DNA of 64,000 nucleotides from Sanchytrium tribonematis. Taxonomy: Eukaryota. The stretch covers positions 1 to 64,000 of the forward strand of contig JADGIG010000003.1 in assembly GCA_018985235.1 (NCBI GenBank), in the 5' to 3' direction. The translations under genes and the position numbers were made by a program. The notes under the pieces are model-generated. The model had not been told where the DNA came from and did not search any database. It saw only the letters and a list, made by a program, of their open reading frames with translations. Every line of letters starts with the position of its first letter. The stretch's first letter is position 1. Of this stretch, positions 1 through 10,276 are shown piece after piece.

Positions 1-823
1 GCAACTTGAGCAAATTTAATACAAATTGATGTAGATTAGGTAGAAACGCTTTGAGGAATATTGAGAAATTGTCCTTTTTCAAACTCAAAGTAGGCGCTGC
101 ATTGTTTTTGACAGATCTACCAAATTTTTCCATTTCCACATATTCTTTATACCAGCAATAGTCCTTATCTTCTATAGCCAGATAATTTGAGTACAAGTCG
201 ACCATTTCTTTAATGCTTTGTGGCAAAGGTTGCACATCTTTGAGTTCCGAAGAAAATACATTTTCTGACCTGAAATTTTTGAATGGCGGTGGTAAATTTG
301 GCAAAACATACTGGTATTTATCGAACAGATCAATCTGCAAGTTGTAATAATCTTCAACCTTAACCTTCATTTCTTTTTTTACAACAAGATTTTCGTTAGG
401 CCTCAGAAAATCAAAAATCATACTAATTAAAGCAACAGTATTTCTAACAAGTTGATGATTGAAATGGAGCGTCAATGTATTGAGTAGTTCCATAGTAATG
501 CTGATGTTTTTTAACATGATTGATTTTGCTAAAGATATGTCAAACCAACAATATAGATTTAAAATTAATATTGATGTGTAATACTCATTTGTGTGTACCG
601 AATCAAATAATCTAATAGAGGTTTTACAAATATCCAAAAAGTAGCAAAATTGGGATTCTTTTTTGTGATACATGGAAGACAATAACTTGCGAAGATTATC
701 GCTTGTAATTTTCATATCCGCTGTATCAAATGAAAGATCAGACACATCAGTACATTCACTGCTTAAAAATCGATCACAGCCAATTAAAAGCTCGTTGAAA
801 ATAAATTCTGGGCCCTGTTTCAT
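1..823 (-). CDS. Far11/STRIP-like STRIPAK subunit, 5' part (runs off the window's left edge; absent from the ORF track)
   Basis: Manual translation: open frame from ATG at 823 to the window edge. LPQSIKEMVDLY and FLPNLHQFVLNLLK resemble the Far11/STRIP DUF3402 region. Confidence 0.55.
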   Translation of the reverse strand, partial: MKQGPEFIFNELLIGCDRFLSSECTDVSDLSFDTADMKITSDNLRKLLSSMYHKKESQFCYFLDICKTSIRLFDSVHTNEYYTSILILNLYCWFDISLAKSIMLKNISITMELLNTLTLHFNHQLVRNTVALISMIFDFLRPNENLVVKKEMKVKVEDYYNLQIDLFDKYQYVLPNLPPPFKNFRSENVFSSELKDVQPLPQSIKEMVDLYSNYLAIEDKDYCWYKEYVEMEKFGRSVKNNAAPTLSLKKDNFSIFLKAFLPNLHQFVLNLLKL

Positions 824-876
824 AAGCTATTGGCAAAGAATCACACAAAATAAATTTATTGTTAAATTGATCAATA

Positions 877-2476
877 TTAATCATCTTCCGAAGAATCCGA
901 TTCTTGGACCTTGGATTCCTCTTCTTGAGCTGTTTCCAAATGAGTAAACTGTTTGGATTCATCCTGTTCCTCGTCCAAAAAGCTGACTCTTGTAGTAGGG
1001 ACATCGTCAATCTGTGAGCTTTCGATATCTCCTGTATGAATCTGTGATATATTCGCGCCGGGTTTCACTTCATTGCTAATATAAGGACTTTCTTCATGCC
1101 TTACAAAATCTTCCTCTGAGCTGAACTGCTGTTTTTCTAATATTTCTTCAGGACTTTCTGCAACTTGAATGACCTTTTCATTATCGTCATCTAAAAAAGT
1201 TGACTGCAGAATGTCTTCTTTGACGACTCCCAAGTGGTTTTCTTCACCAGAATAATCAGCAGGAGCTTGATTAGAGGCTATGTAATTTTGTGTTGAAAGT
1301 AAAGTGTCCTCCACAATTGGAGTAGCATTTTTGTGTACAACCACCGTACCATATTGAGAAGCAATTTCATTATCCGCTGATAAAGATGCTGTTCCTTTAA
1401 TATTTGATGGTTGAACTTCCTCCTTCATTTCAGTAGCTTTGACACTTGCTACATTGATCTTGTCTTTCTCGAGTTTCTTTCCTCGTTCGACTTTCTTAGC
1501 CCTACAGGTCCAATAAATTATGGAAGCCAAAACAAAAACTCCCAGTATACCTGCAGAAACTGACATAAGTATCACAGAGGCTTTTTTCTGTGCCTTTTTG
1601 TTGTATATATCGGCTACTCTCAAGTCCGAAGAGCCGTATGTAATTTTGGACCCTGCATATACGGGATCATTGCCATGCCGGTACTCAATGATAAGCTTTT
1701 TTGGTTTTTCGAATTGTAAATAAAATGGCGAATAGTAACTAAATTATTCTGAAATACCCATTTCCATAAAGAAAGTGAATTGTATTATAATAGCAACCCG
1801 AGTTAGAGGCCTCTTGGCTAGAAAAACATAAATTTGTGGTGTACACAGTTACTTGACAAATATCGTCTCTAGTATTCCAAACGCCAAAATATCGCAATTC
1901 GCAGATTTTGATTATTGTTGAATTAGATACTGTAGCATTAAAATTCAAATTAAATCTCCCATAATCATTATTAACAATATCAGCAGCGCTGAAATTAAGA
2001 TAATTAACTAAAGGCGTTCCAGAGGATCTAGGAATCTGATCGTTCACTAAAATTCCTGTCATGTTGAACTCTTCAGGATTTTCAGGATAGTCAATCTCGG
2101 TAGTATATCTTAACACATCGTAGGTAACTTTGGATTTATTCTGGACAAATTCGTCAAATTTATTCGGCGTTGTTGATGGTTTCAATGGGATAAATGAATT
2201 TTCAGTATATACTTCGGAGAAACTTTTGTCGGATACAAACGCCTTGGGTTCTTGATTACCAAAGTTGTTCTTACCGCCAGCTTGCCAGCTATCAACAATA
2301 ACTTGAAATTCATCAAGTCGCTGTTCCAACTCAGAAACTATTGAGGCACTAGAAATATAAAACTCTGCACCGATCACCATCATTGGAGTGCATATACCCG
2401 CGATAACAATAAGAGCTACTATGAAAAAGATTCCGTGAATAGAACATAATCTCTTTTTGGTTTTATCAAATTTCAT
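877..2476 (-). CDS. Uncharacterised membrane protein, 526 aa, with two hydrophobic segments around an Asn/Cys-rich loop and an acidic tail; exons 2476-1758 and 1738-877
   Basis: ORFs 1739..2476 and 877..1623 join in frame after removing the 19-nt intron at 1739-1757 (YGNG|YYSPFY). Confidence 0.7.
1739..1757 (-). other. 19-nt spliceosomal intron GTATTTCAGAATAATTTAG
   Basis: GT-AG ends and TNAYNYAG 3' end; removal fuses two ORFs in frame. Confidence 0.8.
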
Positions 2477-2613
2477 ATCGAAACTTATGGTGGCCTAGAA
2501 ATGTAGTTATTGGTTTTGAGTTGAGACCGTATTTAATATTTTATGGAATGAATTTATTACATCAACATAATTTAATAGGTATAATATTTTGCAGTTAGCT
2601 TGCTGTTCTCCTT

Positions 2614-3417
2614 ATGAAAGTTTTTCTCACAGGAAAGCAAACTTCACAAGTTTCTCAGATAATCAAAGAAGTCTCACAACATATTGAAAAATTTCATGAA
2701 ATCACTACGGACCCGACCAAATGCTCCCTAGCGCTTGTTTTTGGGGGTGATGGGTCCTTGCTTCGTGCAAATACCCTTTTCCCTATGAAAAGTCCTTTAG
2801 TCATGGGATTTAAGATGGGAACCTTGAATTTTATGATGCCTTTTGAGTTTGAGGACTACAAAAAACATTTATTGGATATTGATAATTTTGACATTTTGGA
2901 AAGAAACCGATTTAAGGTATCGATAAATGACAAAGAATGCGGTATAGCTCTCAACGATGTTGTGGTTAGCCGCAAGTCCACACAATTACTGGGCATGTCC
3001 ATATCTGTTGGATCGGGAACTAGAAAACCACATATTTTAAATCAAATGAATGCGGACGGAATGATCTGTTGTACTCCAAGCGGCTCTACTGCGTATAACT
3101 TGAGTGCTGGAGGACCACTTGTGCATCCCAGAATATCAGGAATAACAATAACTCCAATATGTCCCCAAACGCTCAGTTTTCGACCTTTATTGGTTCCATT
3201 TTATCGTAATAATGATCCAGTTTCTGTTAAAATTGTATGTAATGATCCTGCCAAATTGTCAATCGATGGAAATGAACTTGATCTTAATGCGGACGATTCC
3301 GTGTCCATTCAAGTTAGCAAATATCCCTTAAAATGTCTTTATCCGCATCAGACAAGTTGGATAAGTGACATCTCTAAAATAGTTGGATGGAATAGAGGTG
3401 GTTTCCCTCATACTTAA
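2614..3417 (+). CDS. NAD(+)/NADH kinase
   Basis: GGDGS, LNDVV, DG..CTPSGSTAYNLSAGGP and TPICP motifs. Confidence 0.93.
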   Translation: MKVFLTGKQTSQVSQIIKEVSQHIEKFHEITTDPTKCSLALVFGGDGSLLRANTLFPMKSPLVMGFKMGTLNFMMPFEFEDYKKHLLDIDNFDILERNRFKVSINDKECGIALNDVVVSRKSTQLLGMSISVGSGTRKPHILNQMNADGMICCTPSGSTAYNLSAGGPLVHPRISGITITPICPQTLSFRPLLVPFYRNNDPVSVKIVCNDPAKLSIDGNELDLNADDSVSIQVSKYPLKCLYPHQTSWISDISKIVGWNRGGFPHT

Positions 3418-3502
3418 AGTCACATTACTTTTTGTAATTTTTATAATTAAATAAAGTAATAAAACTCAAATTTCTTTTTTTCCATAAACAAGGGGATAGT
3501 TT

Positions 3503-3997
3503 ATGGATTATCTTTTTTTACTTTCACGTCAAGGTAAAGTTCGATTGGCGCAATGGTTTATCACTGCAAACCAGTCTGAAAAACAAAAAATTGTAAATGA
3601 TGTCGTCGCTATTGTACTGAGCAGAAAGCAAAAATTAGCTAACATTGTAGAGTACAAAAATATGAAAGTGATATACAAAAGATACGCATCGCTGTACTTT
3701 GTGATAGGCACATCTAATCAAGATTGCAACGAATTGTTAATAATGGAAGAAATACATAGATTTGTTGAAGTATTAGATAGATATTTTGGAAATGTGTGTG
3801 AATTAGATTTAATTTTTAATTTTCACAAGGCATATTACATATTAAACGATTTTCTTATGTCGGGACAACTCGTGGATACCAGCAAGAAAAGCATAGTCAA
3901 AACAGTCCAAAGTGCTGACCAAACTGCAGAACTTGGTGAGGAAATTACTGGAAGGCAAGCCTCTCAATATGGCGGAGATTGGTATAGTAATCGCTAA
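3503..3997 (+). CDS. APS1: AP-1 adaptor complex sigma subunit
   Basis: SRQGKVRL.W, YKRYASLYF and YFGNVCELDLIFNFHKAY motifs. Confidence 0.9.
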   Translation: MDYLFLLSRQGKVRLAQWFITANQSEKQKIVNDVVAIVLSRKQKLANIVEYKNMKVIYKRYASLYFVIGTSNQDCNELLIMEEIHRFVEVLDRYFGNVCELDLIFNFHKAYYILNDFLMSGQLVDTSKKSIVKTVQSADQTAELGEEITGRQASQYGGDWYSNR

Positions 3998-4001
3998 TAA
4001 A

Positions 4002-5523
4002 TCATTTACTCGAGTCTCTGATTTCCTGTAGAAGCACTTTTATTTCTCGAACTTCGATTTCAATATTTTGGAGAATACCGGTCTTGGTTGGACTTGGAGT
4101 GAAAATCAACTGGAAAAATAAAATTGAATTAAATGTTAACAGCAAGATTATTATCATTCTGCTAAGGTTGAGGTAATTATACATACCCGAGGCGATTGGC
4201 TGAATAGTTTCCAAAAAATTTGCTGGGCTAGTTTTCCGAAATTTCTCTTTTTTTTGTTTAACATGGCGGTTCTTGACTCGTTTTCGTTTGCCACCACCGT
4301 TGATTTTGTCACATATGGCTTCATCCAGAAGGACGTAGTGGGATTTTGTTCCATCTAGTGCGCCTCGCTCGATAGGGCCTTTGATAAACGAAGATTTTGA
4401 CCACTGTATGCAAGAAGAAACTCTAAATTTAATGGATTGCGGTCCACAAGATGTAATGCATATTTTCGTCTGGGTTAAAAAACTGGAGCCCGAAGGAACA
4501 TCGCTAAATAAATTAGTATTACGGTGTTGCGGTTGTTTGTGTTAAATGAATATGAGATCTCAAGTCTTTCTCGTCCACAACCTCGTCAACATATGTTTTA
4601 ACTTGTTTTGGCCCTAATGGATTTGTTAATGGCATTATGTATTCGACGTGTCTAGACTGCTTTTCAGTTTCATTCGCAGGTTTCCATTTGCCGGTATTCC
4701 ATTCTGTGATTCCTTTAGTCTGGGTATGAAATAAATGACTAAAGCCTCCATCGGAATAGCTTTCGTCAGAATATATTAGATCCCAACAAGCAGCAACTGT
4801 AAATGGCGAGTAAGTTGTTTCAAACACAATATTATCACTGTCACAAGGCTCTTTCGAGTCTCCGTTCGGAATTTTGATTAAATTATCGGTATATTGATTT
4901 GGCTTCTGTGTTGATAAATCTGGGTTTGAGGCTGATTCCGATACCTTTCGTGTGTGAACATTTAAATCGTTTTCAGAATGCGCTCTATGTCTCGTAGAAT
5001 TATCGACCGTCAAGGTGTCTTCATCCTCCGTATCGTCGCTTTCAATCAAAGCTGAATTTTCACTTGACAGTCCCAATGAAAAATCACTTTGATCTTCCAA
5101 ATAGCTCATATCGTTTCCAACTAGTATTCCACTAACTGCACTTCTCCACATTGATATCAAAATATTATAAGCTAAATCTCTAAAGACGAATGAAGCAAAA
5201 AAATATTTCTTATGCTGATTTGTGTACAGCATAAGAGCATTTGGTAAAACAAATGCGGAGTTTCTTTTTTCAACTTTTACAATATCAGAAAACTTGACCA
5301 TGATCGAAGTTGTCCAGCCTAAAATGTTGGAGTAGAAGCCTACAGCATTATGACTTATGTAAAGTCTTCCGTGAACCAGGATGTCTTTCTGAAGAGCACA
5401 TGAAAAATCTTCAACCAATTCGCTCTCGTCCCCCTCGAATATAGTATGGAATTCTTCATTTTTTCTTTTATTTGTAGGCAATAGCGGCGAAGTACTATTT
5501 GCAGGATCTGCATTGGATTGCAT
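4002..5523 (-). CDS. GRAM + VASt/StART-like sterol-transfer protein (Lam/GRAMD1 family) with C-terminal TM and coiled coil, about 500 aa; exons 5523-4523 and 4503-4002
   Basis: GRAM motif DFSCALQKDILVHGRLYIS. Splicing out 4504-4522 restores the VASt TPDVPSG motif and runs in frame into ORF 4002..4214. Confidence 0.88.
4504..4522 (-). other. 19-nt spliceosomal intron GTAATACTAATTTATTTAG
   Basis: Removal gives ...TATP-DVPSGSSF, a conserved VASt motif. Confidence 0.92.
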
Positions 5524-5719
5524 TTTTTCTTGTTTTAGTGATCTAAAGGGGGGAAATATATAAATGTGCGTTTTTGATCGATCTTGGTTTATAATAATTT
5601 GGATCATTATTTACAGCGATATCTCAGGAAGAAAATTTTAAACCAATTTTTAGGAAATTTGACACAAAATCGCAAATAAAATATTGAAAAACTAATTTTG
5701 ATTCCCCTTACAAAACCCG

Positions 5720-7030
5720 ATGACGGAACAGTCCATTTCTTCTGGATCAAGCAACGAACCCAAGCTCAGACCATTTATCAGAAAAGTTATACAATTACAG
5801 AGGCTAGGTAAGGATATATCTCCTATTAACACTGATTTTGATCTTCCCGAGGAAATTTTTGGAAATCCTGGTGTGGATGTAACCACCCATGATCCAATAC
5901 TAGAAGCTATTCATACTTCTTGCGAAATAACTATATTTGATTATGACAAAGAATCAATTTTATTGACTCACTGCGACAATGATAATATTTCAAGTTTTTT
6001 AAAAAACCATCCGAAAGACCCTGCTTCTTGTAGATGGTTACACGTAGATGGGATATCCTATGATATCATAAAATTACTTGGTGTGCAATACGATCTTCAC
6101 CCATTGGCATTGGAAGACATCATTCACATAAATCAAAGAATTAAGGTGGACAAGTACCCAGATTCATTGTTTGTGAGTTTACTAGCACTTTCAAACATAA
6201 GCAATCTACACGGATCCAAAAGCGTAAGACCGCCAAGTACAACTAGTAGTTTGCCGTTATTGAGATCCGATAAATTTGAGGAAGGAGTTAGTATAGACAT
6301 AAATGATATAGTCGATGGCTCATACAATGACGCTGACGTTCAACAATTAAGTTTATTTCTACTACCTAATAATGTTGTTATAAGCTTCATGACAGGAAAG
6401 TCGCTGCTATTTTTCCAAGATATTCACAATAGACTTCATGCAAAAAACACTCTCTTGAGACAAAGTGCAGATTCTAGCTTATTAGTCCATGCGATCATTG
6501 ACTGTATTGTTGATCATGCATTACCAATTATAAAGCATTACGGAAGACAAATATCCTTTTTAGAATCTTCAGTCTTTAAGAAGCCTCAAGTTATTTTCAC
6601 CAAAGCATTACACCGAATTCAGGTAGAGCTAAATATTCTGAGAAACACATTATTACCATTTCTAAATGTCATTTCTTCTATGAAGTCTGATAGCCAAATG
6701 GTGACACCGCTGACAAAAACTTATCTAAACGATGTTCAAGATCATATCAATACCATTACCGAAAATATCGATTTCTTGTCAGTTTGGAGCAAAAATTTAA
6801 TTGATTTATCATTTAATATGCTCAGCTATGAAATGAATGTTATTTTGAAGATATTAGCGATAGTAAGTTGCTTGTTTTTGCCGATTACTTTTCTAGCAGG
6901 TGTTTATGGTACGAATTTTGAGCAGCTGCCAGAATATAAATGGGAATTTGGCTATGTCTACTTTTGGGGACTACAAATTACAGTTGTCGTAATGATGATA
7001 TCATTTTTTAAATTCAAAAATTGGATTTGA
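5720..7030 (+). CDS. CorA-family Mg2+/divalent cation transporter (GTN variant)
   Basis: WLHVDG, LHPLALED, MN..LKIL and FLPITFLAGVYGTNF motifs; two C-terminal TM helices. Confidence 0.88.
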   Translation: MTEQSISSGSSNEPKLRPFIRKVIQLQRLGKDISPINTDFDLPEEIFGNPGVDVTTHDPILEAIHTSCEITIFDYDKESILLTHCDNDNISSFLKNHPKDPASCRWLHVDGISYDIIKLLGVQYDLHPLALEDIIHINQRIKVDKYPDSLFVSLLALSNISNLHGSKSVRPPSTTSSLPLLRSDKFEEGVSIDINDIVDGSYNDADVQQLSLFLLPNNVVISFMTGKSLLFFQDIHNRLHAKNTLLRQSADSSLLVHAIIDCIVDHALPIIKHYGRQISFLESSVFKKPQVIFTKALHRIQVELNILRNTLLPFLNVISSMKSDSQMVTPLTKTYLNDVQDHINTITENIDFLSVWSKNLIDLSFNMLSYEMNVILKILAIVSCLFLPITFLAGVYGTNFEQLPEYKWEFGYVYFWGLQITVVVMMISFFKFKNWI

Positions 7031-7035
7031 TGAAA

Positions 7036-7641
7036 TTACAAATAAATAATTCTGTCTTCGTCATTACAAGTAAAGCAATATAAAGCCCCATTTTGATTAA
7101 GTCTTCCAGTATCTACCAAAGGCATTTTGCATTGAGAACATTCAAATTTGGAGCACGATTTAAAAGGTGGCTGAATAAAAATCTGTAATTTGGGAATCGA
7201 TTTCATTTTTACAAAAAATTGAGACAAATTGATCAAGGATGATATGTAACCAAGTATTTCAGAGGCTTTGTCTCCATCCTCTATACTATAGGATCCAAAT
7301 AGGTTATCCAACGAGCAGATTTTAGACAATCCTTGTAAATTTAGAAGCCATAATAAATCGTCAATGATCGGGAATCTTGCCTGCATCACCCGACAAAGAA
7401 ATACCAAACTTGCAATTTTAAGAGATCCATGATAGGACTGCTTGACTTGCAGAAATTTCTCTCCCAACGTAGTATTAAATAAAATCACAAAGATTGAGTA
7501 ATATACTGCTGCAGAAAATTTTCCCAACTTATTATGAAGCAAAAAAATTACATATTTATCAACCCAAACCGCCGCTCGATATCTGAATGTCAAATTTCCC
7601 AGTAAAAACGGATCGAAAGAATCCATTGTATCAAAAAACAT
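7036..7641 (-). CDS. Divergent, short RING peroxin (Pex12-like)
   Basis: C-terminal PP..C..CK......NGALYCFTC...IIYL resembles the Pex12 RING end; hydrophobic N-terminal part. Confidence 0.4.
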   Translation of the reverse strand: MFFDTMDSFDPFLLGNLTFRYRAAVWVDKYVIFLLHNKLGKFSAAVYYSIFVILFNTTLGEKFLQVKQSYHGSLKIASLVFLCRVMQARFPIIDDLLWLLNLQGLSKICSLDNLFGSYSIEDGDKASEILGYISSLINLSQFFVKMKSIPKLQIFIQPPFKSCSKFECSQCKMPLVDTGRLNQNGALYCFTCNDEDRIIYL

Positions 7642-7646
7642 TACAT

Positions 7647-8462
7647 TTATTTTCTAAAATTAACAATAATGTCGAGATTAACTTTTTTGCCCAAGAGCTT
7701 TTCTATTTTGGAGGCAGCAAGAGTCTCCATTGTTCTAACAACTCGGCCTTTCTGGCCTTTAAGAATTTTAGATTGACTTAATCTTTCAACTTTCAACTCG
7801 TGGATCATACTGATGGCAGAGTCTGATTCTTGAAAGTGGACTGTCCTTTGCTCTGTCATATATGGTAAATATGAATATATATTTTGATAAAGCTGCTCTC
7901 TTATTGCCTCTTCAGATATTTGCTTTGAATCGTACTTTTGTACAACGTTTTTAGTTTTGATCGGAGCAATATGGTTTAATAAATCTAGTAGTGGTTCCAC
8001 TTTATTTTCTATCGCTGATATAGAGATACTTTTTTCAACCGGGACTGGAAATTCCATTAAGGTCTCATTGTTTTGAATCAAGTCCATTTTGTTGAAAACT
8101 GCAAAGATTGGTATCTTGACCTTTTGCAATTCTAAAATTATAATTGAATCTAATGATCTTTGTGTAGAATCCAAAATAAAAAAGAGATAATCTGCGTGTA
8201 TTTTCCATGGCAATTTTTTAATTTCCGACTCAACCCTTGAAGATTTCTTGACCAACCCAGGGCTATCGATATAAAATATGTTCCTCTTAGGGTCTTCATA
8301 GTACATTTGTTGTCTCGTGGTCTGCGCCAATTTGGACGTGCTACATATTGGTTGCTGAAGAATAGTGTTCAATATTGTGGATTTGCCTGAATTAGCAAGG
8401 CCCAGCATATATATTTTCTTAAAACTACTCAATCCTGTTTCTTTACTGATTAAATGTTGCAT
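7647..8462 (-). CDS. Era-family GTPase (ERAL1-like) with C-terminal KH-like domain
   Basis: GLANSGKS, QTTR, DSPG, NKMD, SA, E.IRE....LPY and ILKGQKG. First ATG is at 8462 (the track starts at GTG 8522). Confidence 0.8.
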   Translation of the reverse strand: MQHLISKETGLSSFKKIYMLGLANSGKSTILNTILQQPICSTSKLAQTTRQQMYYEDPKRNIFYIDSPGLVKKSSRVESEIKKLPWKIHADYLFFILDSTQRSLDSIIILELQKVKIPIFAVFNKMDLIQNNETLMEFPVPVEKSISISAIENKVEPLLDLLNHIAPIKTKNVVQKYDSKQISEEAIREQLYQNIYSYLPYMTEQRTVHFQESDSAISMIHELKVERLSQSKILKGQKGRVVRTMETLAASKIEKLLGKKVNLDIIVNFRK

Positions 8463-8522
8463 TTGAGAATAAAATATGGTGGGGAATCCCCTCAATTGTT
8501 GTCCTTGGGTTTTTTCTAACAC

Positions 8523-10238
8523 ATGAAAATTGCTCCAAATCTTACAGAGTCATTTTTGTTGTCAAAAGAATCTGCGACTTTAATGATTTCAAGGTTCAGA
8601 TATTGCGAACAAATTCCACAAGTAGAAGATTGGCATAACGCTTTTTACAATTTAAAATATCAAGAAATATTGGAATGTCATTTGACCGATTCTGAATTAG
8701 AAGTTTTGATTCAATATTGTACAAGCACTAATCTGGTAACTTTTAAATACATCGTTTTGCATCTTTTGATGAGAAACAAATTTGATAAAGGAGTTTTATA
8801 CTATTATGCTTTTAAAGCATTACATACAGATCGCAAGTTGGATCAATATTTCGTCGATAAGACTAAGAATATGCCGGTATTTGTAAAGGACAAATTAAAA
8901 CGTAGTGCAATGGACTTAAGATTTCCCAATTTAGAATTGGACCCTTCCCGCCAGATTCTTAAACGACCTATCTTGGACAACGATTACTTTGGACTCACAG
9001 TTGGTGTCCCAGATGATGGAAACAGAGTATTTCAATTTAGAAAAGATGTCGTTGAAGTAGGTAACATCTCACAAATTAGTTTCACATCTTTTAGGTATCA
9101 GGAAAATCAGAATGTCCACTTGACTCCTAAACGAAAAAGTTCTAGATCCTTAAGCAAATTTGTATCCCCCATCAAAAAGAAAGAGAGCGATATAATGAAA
9201 ACCCCCGACTTATACTCGATTTTAACAACAGACGAGCCGGTGACACCCAAGTCTCCTAAGCAACAGCGCCGAGGACTAGCGATGTCACCACGAGCTTCTT
9301 CTAGAATATCGGTTTCATCGAATTTTATTCCATTTGATAAAATACCCACTTCTCCAGCTAAGGAATACATCAAAGAATTTATAGACGAGAAACAAAGGTC
9401 AAGATCGACTTTTGCTTCTGATGCACAGGCTGTATCATTCAAGTCTGTAGAAATGAGAAAATCAACACCCAGACATCCAGTTGCTCGAGATGAAGTTGAC
9501 TTGCAACAAGCTGAACTAAAACTAGAACCAGATTCACCTTTGAAAATGAAAAGCAAATCAACTGAGAATCAAGGTAATTCTGTCAATCTGTCAATTAGTA
9601 GCTCTGGACTGGACTCTGATCGTTTAGAAGGATTAAAGCGGGATTCTCGTACTCTTGACAACCCACTAGCCACTTTCAAAAAATTCAAACTTGAACAACC
9701 GACGTCCGACATTCAATTGGGTTTGTCCTCTGATGCTGCCGAAAAAGCGCACTCTAAAACAAAGCCCACTATTACACCGTTCGCGTCAAGTGATGATGAA
9801 ATTTTAGAAGAACTAACATCAAAAATGGTACCCGTTATCCCAATCGTACCCCCGAAAGAAGATTCATTTTCAACCCAAAAAAACAAAATTGAAAGCGAAG
9901 CAGGCTCTGCTGCGACTCAGAAAAAGAAATCTGAGAGTGATATTGGCTCTGGTTTGGTAACTCCAAGAAGAAGCAAGCGGATTCAATCTAAATCTGAATT
10001 TAGCTCAGTCGCAACAAGTGCAGCAACATCTAGACCTGGTAGTCCGTTGCTCAATATATCTAGGAAAAAATCTAAAGCAAAGAAAGGCACTTCCACAAAT
10101 GTTGCTGGAAAGCGGGGATTGTCGAAAGATTTGAAAAATAGAGTTGAGGCAGCAATCAATGAAACTCCAAAGCGCAATATCCAGAAAGCATCTTCTTCAA
10201 GGTCTCGTAAAAAAAGTCAATCGGATCAACCAAAATAA
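8523..10238 (+). CDS. Uncharacterised protein with a helical N-terminus and long S/T-P and basic disordered C-terminus (weak ELYS-like impression)
   Basis: 571-aa ORF with many TP/SP sites and basic clusters. Confidence 0.6.
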   Translation: MKIAPNLTESFLLSKESATLMISRFRYCEQIPQVEDWHNAFYNLKYQEILECHLTDSELEVLIQYCTSTNLVTFKYIVLHLLMRNKFDKGVLYYYAFKALHTDRKLDQYFVDKTKNMPVFVKDKLKRSAMDLRFPNLELDPSRQILKRPILDNDYFGLTVGVPDDGNRVFQFRKDVVEVGNISQISFTSFRYQENQNVHLTPKRKSSRSLSKFVSPIKKKESDIMKTPDLYSILTTDEPVTPKSPKQQRRGLAMSPRASSRISVSSNFIPFDKIPTSPAKEYIKEFIDEKQRSRSTFASDAQAVSFKSVEMRKSTPRHPVARDEVDLQQAELKLEPDSPLKMKSKSTENQGNSVNLSISSSGLDSDRLEGLKRDSRTLDNPLATFKKFKLEQPTSDIQLGLSSDAAEKAHSKTKPTITPFASSDDEILEELTSKMVPVIPIVPPKEDSFSTQKNKIESEAGSAATQKKKSESDIGSGLVTPRRSKRIQSKSEFSSVATSAATSRPGSPLLNISRKKSKAKKGTSTNVAGKRGLSKDLKNRVEAAINETPKRNIQKASSSRSRKKSQSDQPK

Positions 10239-10276
10239 ATTGATTCAATTGGGGTTAAATTAGAAACCATCTTTAA

